DNA of 64,000 nt, taken from positions 136,256 through 200,255 of the forward strand of contig CAYRES010000004.1 of NCBI GenBank assembly GCA_964423425.1, in the 5' to 3' direction. Origin of the DNA: an uncultured Gaiellales bacterium (GTDB lineage Bacteria > Actinomycetota > Thermoleophilia > RBG-16-64-13). The position numbers and the translations under genes are program-made. This document shows positions 44,193 through 52,663 of this stretch, piece after piece. Below the pieces are notes generated by a model, which saw nothing but the letters and a program-made list of their open reading frames with translations, searched no databases and was not told the DNA's origin. The first letter of the stretch is position 1. Every line of letters starts with the position of its first letter.

Positions 44193-46724
44193 CTACTCCT
44201 CTTCCCGCTCATCATCTTCTGGAGGGGCGGGCGGGTTCTTGGTGCTGCGCTTGGTCTTCGTCTCCTTGTCCTTGCCCTGCGCAGCGAGCTCACGCGCCTT
44301 CTCTGCCAATTCGGCCAGACGGTCGGCTACGAGACGGTTCACGGTACCAGTGGGGTAGACGCCCTCCCGGTCTGCTTCACCTGCCTCGACGCCGGTGAGG
44401 ATGGCGATGCCCTCATCAATGGTGGACACGGGATAGATGTGGAAGGTGCCGGCCTCTATCGCGTCTCGCACTTCTTGCTTCAGCATGAGGTTGGGGACGT
44501 TGGTGGCAGGGACGAGCACGCCCTCATCTCCTTGAAGGCCCTTTCCCTGGCAGGTGGCGAAGAAACCTTCAATCTTCTCGTTCACGCCGCCTATGGCCTG
44601 CACCTGCCCTCTCTGGTTGACGGAGCCGGTGACGGCGAAGCGCTGATGGATGGGAAGCCGCGACAGGGCGGAGAGGAGCGCGTAGAGTTCCGTGGATGAG
44701 GCGCTGTCGCCCTCGACTCCTCCGTAGGACTGCTCGAAGACCAGGCGGGCGTTGAAGGAGAGAGGCCCCTCCGAGGCGTACTTGGCACCCAGGTAGCCGG
44801 CAAGGATGAGCACACCCTTGGAATGGATGGGCCCACTCATCTCCACTTCGCGTTCGATGTTGACCACCTCGCCGTCGCCGAGACGGGTGGTCGCCGTGAT
44901 ACGGCTGGGCACGCCAAAGGAGTAGTCGCCTGCACCCGTGACGGACAGGGCATTGATCTGGCCCACAATGGCTCCGGCTGTGTCGACCATGATGGTGCCG
45001 TCGGTTATGACCTCGCGCAGCCGCTCCTCGAGGCGATTGGAGCGGTAGGTGTGGTGCTCTATGGCCTTCTGCACATCGGCCGCCGTGACGAGCGTCCCTT
45101 GCTCGCCACCGTTGCCGCGAAGCGCCCAGAACGCCGACTCCCGGATGAGGTCGGCAATGTCGAGAAAGCGGACCGACAGTTTGCGCTGGTCGCCTATGAG
45201 GCGAGAGCCCTGCTCCACGATGCGGGCGACGGCCGGCCCGTCGAAGTGCGGCAGGTGCTCCGTTTCGCAGACGTGGGCCACGAAACGGGCATACAGCTGC
45301 TCATTTGCATCATCGCGATCGGCCATGACGTCGAAGTCGGCTTTCACCTTGAAGAGCTCGCTGAAGTCGGGATCGTAGGCTGAAAGGAGGTAGAAGAGCA
45401 TGGGTTCCCCGATGAGTACCACTTTGGCCGCATAGGGAAGGGGTTCCGGGTCGAGAGTGGCCGTGGTCGCCCAGCCGACCTGTTGGCCCATGTCCTCGAT
45501 GCGAATCTCGCAGGTCTTGAGCGCTCGTTTCAGGGCATCCCAGGCATAGGGTTTCATGAGCAGTTCGCGGGCTTCCATGATGAGAAAGCCACCGTTGGCG
45601 CGGTGTATGGCCCCCGCCTTGATCATGTTGAAGTCGGTGACCAGGGCTCCGAACTGAGCCATGTGCTCCACCCGCCCCACGAGGTTCTGGAAGGTAGGGT
45701 TGTGCTCCTTGACGATGGGCGCACCCTCGAGGTGGGAGTTGTCTACGATGACATTGACACGGTACTTACGGAAGGTGCTCTCGGCTCCGTCGCGTCCGGG
45801 TAGGGCAAGTCCCATCATCTGCATCGGATTCTCGTCATCGCTCTTGCGGAAGTCCTGGGCATTCTCAACCACGTCTTCGAGCACCGCGTCCAGGTACTCG
45901 GGAATCTCCTCTACCTCGCCCCACTGTGCTTTGAGATCGTCTATGAGGTGTTGGGCGGCGTAGCGGGATATCTCTTTGTCCAGATCTCGCAGCGATTCCC
46001 TCCCTGCCTTCTCTTCCGTGCGTACCTGGCGCATGACCTGTTGGAGTTCCTCGTTCAGCTCCTCCAAGCCGGCATTGATCTGCGCTTGGCGGTCATCCGG
46101 CAATTCGTTGAACAGCTCGCGTGACATGGGTTGGCCGTCGGCGGTCTTGGGAGCGAAGGCCAGACCGGAGGGTGAGCGGAGGATGGTGTAGCCCTTGGCC
46201 TCGGCCTTGTCGCGGAGCTCCTTGAAGCGGCTTTCCTGTTGCTCGCCCACCTTCTGCGTGATCTTGCGCTTGTGCTCCTCGTACTCCTCACCCTCGAAAG
46301 CCTGGTTGATCTCGATTTGCAGGTCCTCCACCAGCTTGTCCATATCGCGGCGGAAATCGCAGGCCCTGCCGGGGGGGAAGCGGATGGCGTTGGGGATGTG
46401 CGCCTGTTCGAAGTTGTGGACGTAGACCCAGTCGGGAGGGGTGGGCATGGAGGCCGCTTCCCGCTCGAGGAAGGTGGAGATGGTGCGAGACTTGCCGGTA
46501 CCGGGAGGGCCGAGAGCGAAGATGTTGTAACCGTTGCTCTGAATCCCGATGCCGAAGTCCACTGCCGAGACGGCGCGTTCTTGGCCTATGATCTCGTGAA
46601 GCACGGGAAGGTCGGCCGTGGTCTCGAAGGAGAATGAGCCCGGGTCACATATGCGGTACACTTGGCTGGCTGCCAACTCATTGGGTGCGGCGGCTGCCTT
46701 TGTCTTCACCGGCTTCTTGGCCAT
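44193..46724 (-). CDS. Lon-like (LonC-type) protease: AAA-like module with a long coiled-coil insertion + Lon Ser-Lys protease domain
   Basis: 843 aa. Walker A GPPGTGKS, then a ~250-aa charged helical insertion, then the block AGAIHRANGGFLIMEARELL at the position corresponding to Walker B. The C-terminal Lon_C domain carries GDSASST (Ser) and GGVNEKIEG (Lys). Confidence 0.88.
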   Translation of the reverse strand: MAKKPVKTKAAAAPNELAASQVYRICDPGSFSFETTADLPVLHEIIGQERAVSAVDFGIGIQSNGYNIFALGPPGTGKSRTISTFLEREAASMPTPPDWVYVHNFEQAHIPNAIRFPPGRACDFRRDMDKLVEDLQIEINQAFEGEEYEEHKRKITQKVGEQQESRFKELRDKAEAKGYTILRSPSGLAFAPKTADGQPMSRELFNELPDDRQAQINAGLEELNEELQQVMRQVRTEEKAGRESLRDLDKEISRYAAQHLIDDLKAQWGEVEEIPEYLDAVLEDVVENAQDFRKSDDENPMQMMGLALPGRDGAESTFRKYRVNVIVDNSHLEGAPIVKEHNPTFQNLVGRVEHMAQFGALVTDFNMIKAGAIHRANGGFLIMEARELLMKPYAWDALKRALKTCEIRIEDMGQQVGWATTATLDPEPLPYAAKVVLIGEPMLFYLLSAYDPDFSELFKVKADFDVMADRDDANEQLYARFVAHVCETEHLPHFDGPAVARIVEQGSRLIGDQRKLSVRFLDIADLIRESAFWALRGNGGEQGTLVTAADVQKAIEHHTYRSNRLEERLREVITDGTIMVDTAGAIVGQINALSVTGAGDYSFGVPSRITATTRLGDGEVVNIEREVEMSGPIHSKGVLILAGYLGAKYASEGPLSFNARLVFEQSYGGVEGDSASSTELYALLSALSRLPIHQRFAVTGSVNQRGQVQAIGGVNEKIEGFFATCQGKGLQGDEGVLVPATNVPNLMLKQEVRDAIEAGTFHIYPVSTIDEGIAILTGVEAGEADREGVYPTGTVNRLVADRLAELAEKARELAAQGKDKETKTKRSTKNPPAPPEDDEREEE

Positions 46725-46790
46725 GCGGTCCTCCCGTGTGTGGCGTGGATGCTGAATGTCGGTATCTGTATGGAGTGAGGCATACCGAGT

Positions 46791-48059
46791 CTAGCGCTTC
46801 CTCTGGTACATGCAAAAGGTGGGGAGTACTCCCAGGCGGCGTCCTGCTTGGATGAACGACACCACCGCCCCATCCAGCTCTGTGGTGTAGTGCGCCGCCG
46901 ACAGTTTGACTCGCAAGAAGGAAGGCCCGGAGCTGTTGCTGTTCGTCTTTGCACCGAGGATACTGGTGACGGGCCGGACCACGATGCGGTCAGCCAACAG
47001 TGCAGCGGCCATCTTGTGAGCGGAGGCCTCGTCCGGAAGCTCGACTGCAAGAAGCGGATGGGAGCCTGATCTCACCGAGAAAGCGGCCGTCTCAAGGCGT
47101 GTGCGGAAGTAGGCCGCACTTTCAAGGACCTGTGTGCGTGCGGCGTCGCCTCGCACAGCGAGGTGGAGATAGTGAGCGGCCGCCGAGAGCGCATCCTGTG
47201 TACAGGCCGAAGGGCCGGTAAGAGATGCGGCGTGGAAGCGGACGGCCTCCATGACTTCGCGGTCCCCCGCCACAAAGCCCCACTTCGCCGGCCCGAGCGC
47301 TCCGCTTGCCGAACCGGTGAGCAGAAACGGGGATTCTCCCGACCCCAGGGAGGCAGCTGAGCCTCGGCCACCGGGGCCGAGAACGCCCACGCCCTCCGTG
47401 TCGTCGAGCAGCAGGAGTGCCTCATGGTGTCGGGCCAGGCCGGCCATCTCAGCGAGCGGCAGAGGTACGCCGTCGAGGGAGGACACGGCCTCGGTGACAA
47501 GTAGGCGAAGCCGCCCCGGGTGGCCGGCGCTGAGAGTGGAGGCCAGGGCCTCGAGATCTCCCCGTGGTACATGCACCACGTCGGCGGGCGCAAGCTCTGC
47601 GGCCGCATGAAGCGGGGCGGGACAGGGGTCGGTCAGAATGACCAAGTCGTCGGGGGCGAGGAGCGCGGTAAAGAGCACCAGCGCCGCTTCAAAGGGGGAA
47701 GGCAGAATAACGGCCTCGTCGGACCGTAGGAATGCAGCGAACTCGCCCTCCAGTTCCCGAAAGGTCGGGGGATCGCATTCTGGTGGCGCCGGGACGGATG
47801 GCCTGGACGGCCCGGCGGATGGTGCACTATGACGGTCGGCCGCGGGTGCAGATGAGTTGTCGGAGTGCAGGCTCTCGGGCTGCGTGTCCGCTCGTCCGAG
47901 GTAGTCGGGGTCGGCCAGGTTGAGAACGGGTGCCCCCATGCTGGAGGATACAGACGCATGCGCGCTACCAGGAATGGGGACGGTGAGCGAACAGGCACGC
48001 GCTTCCATGTTGCCCGGCCTCTTGAGTCGAGAACGAAGAATGCGGGAAGTCTTCTGCAT
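46791..48059 (-). CDS. degenerate alpha-oxoamine synthase (BioF/Kbl)-like protein, probable pseudoenzyme
   Basis: Colinear blocks with AONS/KBL: LNLADPDYLG (cf NFSSNDYLG), FRELEGEFAAFL, HAA, LLVTEAVSSLDG, LLLLDDTEGVGVLGPGGRG (cf VDDAHGxGxxGxxGRG), LRVKLSAAH. PLP-site residues are not conserved (see findings). ATG at 48059 is preceded by AGGAG. Confidence 0.7.
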   Translation of the reverse strand: MQKTSRILRSRLKRPGNMEARACSLTVPIPGSAHASVSSSMGAPVLNLADPDYLGRADTQPESLHSDNSSAPAADRHSAPSAGPSRPSVPAPPECDPPTFRELEGEFAAFLRSDEAVILPSPFEAALVLFTALLAPDDLVILTDPCPAPLHAAAELAPADVVHVPRGDLEALASTLSAGHPGRLRLLVTEAVSSLDGVPLPLAEMAGLARHHEALLLLDDTEGVGVLGPGGRGSAASLGSGESPFLLTGSASGALGPAKWGFVAGDREVMEAVRFHAASLTGPSACTQDALSAAAHYLHLAVRGDAARTQVLESAAYFRTRLETAAFSVRSGSHPLLAVELPDEASAHKMAAALLADRIVVRPVTSILGAKTNSNSSGPSFLRVKLSAAHYTTELDGAVVSFIQAGRRLGVLPTFCMYQRKR

Positions 48060-48214
48060 GCGCTCCTGCGTGCGGCCGCGGACGTAATCAGGTAGTAGGC
48101 TACCCAGAATGGTGGGTGGATCGAAACATCAGGCTGACGGTAGGTGTCGCCGGAAGAGAGCAGAAGATACGCGGAGGACTTCGGGGGGGATAAGGTGCCC
48201 CACGGAGTGGCTGA

Positions 48215-48299
<85 letters not shown>

Positions 48300-48321
48300 A
48301 CGGCTGCGTAAAGCACGACGG

Positions 48322-48350
48322 AGTATAGAGGCAACCCCCAGCGGAGTCAA
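48322..48350 (-). promoter_or_regulatory. sigma-70-like promoter for tRNA-Leu (TTGACT-17-TATACT)
   Basis: On the minus strand: TTGACT (48350-48345), a 17-nt spacer, then TATACT (48327-48322). This lies ~23 nt upstream of the tRNA 5' end. Confidence 0.6.
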
Positions 48351-48396
48351 CGGCAGCGAGCTGCGCAGTGGGTGTCCGCGGTGCCGCGCAGACATC

Positions 48397-48425
48397 TTGT
48401 TCCAAGCGAACGAATGTTCTATACT
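48397..48425 (+). promoter_or_regulatory. putative lexA promoter (TTGTTC-17-TATACT)
   Basis: -35 TTGTTC at 48397-48402 and -10 TATACT at 48420-48425. It overlaps SOS box 1. Confidence 0.5.
48407..48420 (+). promoter_or_regulatory. LexA operator (SOS/Cheo box) 1: CGAACGAATGTTCT
   Basis: Matches the Gram-positive/actinobacterial consensus CGAAC-N4-GTTC(G/T). Overlaps the promoter spacer and -10. Confidence 0.75.
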
Positions 48426-48428
48426 GCG

Positions 48429-48442
48429 TGAACAAATGTTCT
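48429..48442 (+). promoter_or_regulatory. LexA operator (SOS/Cheo box) 2: TGAACAAATGTTCT
   Basis: GAAC-N4-GTTC core at 48430-48441, just downstream of the -10 and 19 nt upstream of the lexA GTG start. Confidence 0.7.
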
Positions 48443-48460
48443 GTAGCGGAGGGCGGTGGA

Positions 48461-49084
48461 GTGGACGACTTGTCCGACAGGCAACGGGCAATACTTGACA
48501 CGATCATGAATGCTGTGGAGACCCACGGGTACCCGCCCACCGTGCGCGAGATCGGTGAGGTGGTGGGACTCTCTTCGCCCGCTTCGGTTCACAATCATCT
48601 GCGGGCCCTGGAGGAGCGCGGCTACATTCGTCGTGGCGCATCCAAGCGGCGGGCGCTCGAGGTGCTCGACGGCGTGGGGCACCATGCACCCGGCCGTAGC
48701 GAGCAAGGAAGCTCCGAACTGCTCCCGTTGGTGGGCAGGGTGGCTGCCGGAAGGCCGATTCTTGCCGAGCAGAATGTGGAAGACATGGTCGAAGTGCCGG
48801 GCTATCTCGCCCCGACGCCGGACTGCTTTGTGTTGAGGGTGAGAGGTTCTTCCATGATGAAGGCCGGCATCATCGACGGCGACCTGGTCGTCGTGAGGCG
48901 ACAGCAAGACGCCGCAAACGGAGATGTGGTGGTGGCGCTTCTCGACGATGAGGCCACGGTCAAGCGCTTCTTTCGGGAAGCCGACTTGGTGCGCCTCCAG
49001 CCCGAGAACGATGCCATGGAGCCGCTCCTGGTTCGCGATCCACGCATCCTCGGGAAGGTGGTTGCAGTCATGAGGAGGTTGTAG
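48461..49084 (+). CDS. lexA: SOS repressor LexA
   Basis: The GTG at 48461 gives 207 aa. N-terminal wHTH (LSDRQRAILDTI...GYPPTVREIGEVVGLSSPASVHNHLRALEERGYI). The S24 peptidase domain carries the catalytic Ser (VRGSSMMKAGI) and Lys (ATVKRF). Confidence 0.93.
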   Translation: MDDLSDRQRAILDTIMNAVETHGYPPTVREIGEVVGLSSPASVHNHLRALEERGYIRRGASKRRALEVLDGVGHHAPGRSEQGSSELLPLVGRVAAGRPILAEQNVEDMVEVPGYLAPTPDCFVLRVRGSSMMKAGIIDGDLVVVRRQQDAANGDVVVALLDDEATVKRFFREADLVRLQPENDAMEPLLVRDPRILGKVVAVMRRL

Positions 49085-49086
49085 CG

Positions 49087-49344
49087 ATGAGCACAGCGTT
49101 GAAAGGGGCCACACTGGATTACTGCCTATCTGCGCCACCGCGCCCGCATGACGAAGGGCCAAGTCTTGCCGACCTGTTGCTGGAGCTCGAACCCGGTTCA
49201 GTGTGTTTCTCGTGCGGGGGCAGGCTCGAGCAGTCGAGGTCGATCGAAGCTGGAAGCATGGCTGTGAGTTGTGGTCGATGCGGGGCGTCGATAGCACGTC
49301 ACTCGGGTCGATGCGGTCCACCCGTCTCAGGAAGAGGTGGTTGA
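49087..49344 (+). CDS. hypothetical small protein with CxxC...CxxC zinc-ribbon signature
   Basis: 85-aa ORF starting 2 nt after the lexA stop. Contains CFSCGG-x17-CGRCG. No recognisable family, so coding status is unproven. Confidence 0.35.
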   Translation: MSTALKGATLDYCLSAPPRPHDEGPSLADLLLELEPGSVCFSCGGRLEQSRSIEAGSMAVSCGRCGASIARHSGRCGPPVSGRGG

Positions 49345-49368
49345 AACGGTCGCGCCATCAGATATACT
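49341..49368 (+). promoter_or_regulatory. sigma-70-like promoter for tRNA-Asn (TTGAAA-16-TATACT)
   Basis: TTGAAA at 49341-49346 and TATACT at 49363-49368, 17 nt upstream of the tRNA 5' end. Confidence 0.5.
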
Positions 49369-49385
49369 TCACGGCGCTGTGACCA

Positions 49386-49457
49386 TCCTCGGTAGCTCAA
49401 TGGCAGAGCACCTGGCTGTTAACCAGGGTGTTGCAGGTTCGAGTCCTGCCCGAGGAG
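49386..49457 (+). tRNA. tRNA-Asn (anticodon GTT)
   Basis: Acceptor TCCTCGG/CCGAGGA, anticodon stem CCTGG/CCAGG with loop CTGTTAA, and T-arm GCAGGTTCGAGTCCTGC. Confidence 0.92.
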
Positions 49458-49494
49458 CTGTATACCGAACTGCTACACGCACCTGTTGAGGTCT

Positions 49495-49535
49495 GGGGCC
49501 AAGCTCCGGCGGGTTTCCCGCCGGAGCTTGGCCCC
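49495..49535 (+). terminator. strong hairpin terminator after tRNA-Asn
   Basis: GGGGCCAAGCTCCGGCGGG-TTT-CCCGCCGGAGCTTGGCCCC, a perfect 19-bp stem with no U tract. Confidence 0.65.
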
Positions 49536-49740
49536 CTCTGGGTGATCCTCTTACTCCCGAACGGCCCAGCGGTCTCCGTCGCGTTGCGGTTCAGCGGGCG
49601 CGGTTGCGCGTGCTCCGTGGTACCATGGCGCGCAGTAAGGGAGCCCCGGCGGCAGTGTTGCCCGGTCAGGTGCGGTGGTTCACTGCGCGGCCGCGAGGAG
49701 CTCCCGGCCACACATCCGCGCGAGAGCTAGGCGTTCCACC

Positions 49741-52662
49741 ATGTCCGAAGAGAAAGACGGGGGGAAGAAACCCCTCCCACGTCCGGCCCGACGTGAAGGG
49801 GATACCGGGTTCCACGAATGGCACGTTCTTCCCGTAGATGAGGTGGCACGGCGCCTAGAGGTTGACCTCGACACGGGTCTTTCCTCGGAGCAGGCTTCCT
49901 CGCGCCTGGAGGCATCGGGCCCCAACGAACTGAGAGGCGGGGGTCTCAGCACTCCGGGGTTCATCCTACGCCGTCAGGTCACCTCCCTCATGGTGGTCAT
50001 CCTCGCCCTCGCCGCCGCTATCTCCGCTATTCTCGGTGATTACATCGACTCGATTGCCATCGCTGCCATCTTGGTGCTGAATATCGCGCTAGGTTTCCGC
50101 CAGGAGTATAGGGCCGAGCAGGCGATGGCCGCACTTCGCCGTCTCGCCGTTCCACACGTCCGAGTGCTGCGTGAGCACGCGCAGATGGAGATATCGGCTG
50201 CAGATATGGTTGCCGGTGACGTCGTGTTCGTGGAAGCAGGTAATCTGGTGCCGGCGGACTGCAGAGTCGTCGAAGCGACTCACCTGCGTATCGACGAATC
50301 CGCTCTGACCGGAGAATCCGTACCGGAGGACAAGGCGGCAGACACTCTCGACGATCCAGGGACGCCGCTGGCCGACCGCACCAACATGCTGTACATGGGC
50401 ACTCTGGTCACTCATGGCCGGGGCCGGGCGTTGGTGGTGGGTACGGGCATGCAGACCGAGCTTGGTGGTATCGCGGAGCTACTGCAGGGAGTACGGGACG
50501 AAGATACACCACTGCAACGCCGTCTCAATCAGCTGGGCCGGTGGCTGGCGGCCGCGGCGCTCGTGTTGGTGGCCATCGTCTTCGTGGTGGGGTTGGTGAG
50601 GGGCGAGGATCTGCGCCTGATGTTCCTCACTGCGGTGAGTCTGGCTGTCGCAGCGGTTCCCGAAGGACTGCCGGCGGTAGTCACCATCACCTTGTCGTTG
50701 GGGGCGCAACGCATGCTCAAGAGGCGCGCGCTCATTCGCAGTCTCCCGGCGGTCGAGACGCTGGGGTCGGTGACCACCATCTGCTCCGACAAGACCGGAA
50801 CTCTCACTGCGAATGAGATGACGGTGGCGGTGATGCAGGTCGCCGGACGCCGACTCGACTTCGAGGAGGGGCAGACCGATGTCGACTGGCAGGGCGTGCT
50901 GGTGCCGGGGCGGCCTGCCGACGAGCCGGGTAAGGCCATGGCGTTGCTCTTGTCGGCGGGAGCTCTGTGTAACGATGCGGTGCTACAGGTGGAAGCGGAG
51001 CCCTCGCGAGAGGTGGGCCGGTTGTCTGCCGTGGGCGATCCCACTGAAGGTGCGTTGGTCGTGGCCGCCACTCTGGCCGGCACCGGGAAGGAGGAACTCG
51101 ATCATCGTCTCACCCGCGTGGCCGAACTGCCCTTCGATTCCACACGCAAGCGGATGACGACCGTACACGAGGTGCCGCTCGACGCCTCTGGACTGCCCCC
51201 GGCTCTGGCCGAGGGTTTGGAAGTGATGCTCTCTGTCGCTTATGGAGGCGCAGAGACGGAGTCCGGACGTGACCCCTCGGCAGATGGTTGTCCCTTAGCA
51301 CCCGACCATGGTGCCGGCCGCTACGTGGCCTTTGTGAAGGGGGCGGTGGACGGACTGGTGGAGAAGTCCACCTTGGTGTGGGGAAGCAGTGGGCCGGAAC
51401 CCTTGAACGACGAGTGGCGTGAGCGAGTGCTCGCTGCCAACGACGGTCTGGCCGAGGAAGGTATGCGCGTGCTCGGAGCCGCCGCCCGTGGTCTCGCCTT
51501 CGTTCCGGAGGGACTCGAGTCTGCGGAGACAATCGAGAACGACTTGGTGTTCTTGGGGCTGTTCGGCATGATCGATCCGGCGCGTCCGGAAGCGGCGGAG
51601 GCGGTGGCCACCTGCAGGAGTGCCGGCATCCGTCCGGTGATGATCACCGGCGACCACCCCTTGACGGCTCTGGCCATAGCCCGCACTCTCGGTATCGAGT
51701 CCGAGGTGGTCGTCACGGGCAGGGAACTGAGCGAAGCCCCGGACGATGAGCTGGCGGAGCTTGTAGACAGGGTGAGCGTCTACGCGCGGGTCGCTCCCGA
51801 GCAGAAGCTCAACATCGTCCAGGCCCTCCAGGAATCGGGTGAAGTGGTGGCCATGACCGGTGACGGTGTAAACGATGCACCAGCGCTGCGCAAGGCCGAC
51901 ATCGGGGTGGCCATGGGCATCACCGGCACCGATGTGTCGAAGGAGGCCTCGGACATGGTGCTGCTTGACGACAACTTCGCGACTATAGTGGCTGCCGTCA
52001 AACAAGGCCGGGTCATCTTCGACAACATCAAGAAGTTCATCCGTTACATCCTGTCCAGTAACACCGGTGAACTGGCCGTCATGCTGGCCGCGCCGTTCCT
52101 GGGAATGCCGCTTCCCCTGCTGCCGCTGCAGATCCTGTGGATCAATCTCGTCACCGACGGGCTGCCCGCTCTCGCTCTGAGTGTAGAGCCGGAAGAGAAG
52201 GACGTCATGGAGCGTCCACCTCAGGCGCCTTCGCGCGGTATTTTCGCCGAGCGTGTGGGCGCCCACGTACTGCTCGCCGGTCTTCTCATGGCGGTGGTTG
52301 CCCTCGGTCTCGGCTACTGGTATTGGCGAAGTGGCAGTGAGGCATGGCAGACCATGATCTTCACGAACATCACCCTGGCTCAGCTGGGTCTGGCCCTCGC
52401 CGTACGTTCTCCCCACGAGCTGCTCGTGTCACGGGGACTCTTCGGGAATCCGGCGCTCATGGGGTCGTTGGCGGCCACGTTCGTGCTGCAGATGGCAGTG
52501 GTGTATCTGCCTTTCATGCAGAGCATATTCAGGACCGTGCCTCTCAGTGCACCCGACCTCTTCATCTGTGTCGCCTTCAGTAGCATAGTCTTCTTCGGAG
52601 TGGAGTTCGGAAAGCTCTTTGCTGGAGGAAAGGGGGCCCGTGAAAGGGGAAGCCGGAGCTGA
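49741..52662 (+). CDS. cation-transporting P-type ATPase (P2-type, Ca2+/Mg2+-like)
   Basis: 973 aa from ATG 49741. N-terminal Cation_ATPase_N (WHVLPVDEVARRLEVDLDTGLS), TGES, CSDKTGTLT, MITGDH, MTGDGVNDAPALRKADIG, and 10 TM segments. Confidence 0.93.
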   Translation: MSEEKDGGKKPLPRPARREGDTGFHEWHVLPVDEVARRLEVDLDTGLSSEQASSRLEASGPNELRGGGLSTPGFILRRQVTSLMVVILALAAAISAILGDYIDSIAIAAILVLNIALGFRQEYRAEQAMAALRRLAVPHVRVLREHAQMEISAADMVAGDVVFVEAGNLVPADCRVVEATHLRIDESALTGESVPEDKAADTLDDPGTPLADRTNMLYMGTLVTHGRGRALVVGTGMQTELGGIAELLQGVRDEDTPLQRRLNQLGRWLAAAALVLVAIVFVVGLVRGEDLRLMFLTAVSLAVAAVPEGLPAVVTITLSLGAQRMLKRRALIRSLPAVETLGSVTTICSDKTGTLTANEMTVAVMQVAGRRLDFEEGQTDVDWQGVLVPGRPADEPGKAMALLLSAGALCNDAVLQVEAEPSREVGRLSAVGDPTEGALVVAATLAGTGKEELDHRLTRVAELPFDSTRKRMTTVHEVPLDASGLPPALAEGLEVMLSVAYGGAETESGRDPSADGCPLAPDHGAGRYVAFVKGAVDGLVEKSTLVWGSSGPEPLNDEWRERVLAANDGLAEEGMRVLGAAARGLAFVPEGLESAETIENDLVFLGLFGMIDPARPEAAEAVATCRSAGIRPVMITGDHPLTALAIARTLGIESEVVVTGRELSEAPDDELAELVDRVSVYARVAPEQKLNIVQALQESGEVVAMTGDGVNDAPALRKADIGVAMGITGTDVSKEASDMVLLDDNFATIVAAVKQGRVIFDNIKKFIRYILSSNTGELAVMLAAPFLGMPLPLLPLQILWINLVTDGLPALALSVEPEEKDVMERPPQAPSRGIFAERVGAHVLLAGLLMAVVALGLGYWYWRSGSEAWQTMIFTNITLAQLGLALAVRSPHELLVSRGLFGNPALMGSLAATFVLQMAVVYLPFMQSIFRTVPLSAPDLFICVAFSSIVFFGVEFGKLFAGGKGARERGSRS

Positions 52663-52663
52663 G

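Noticed and set aside
49536-49740. ~200-nt leader upstream of the P-type ATPase, as a possible M-box (Mg2+) or other metal riboswitch.
   Set aside because: No M-box-like conserved segments are recognisable by eye. The first part of the spacer is explained by the tRNA-Asn terminator hairpin. Left unassigned.
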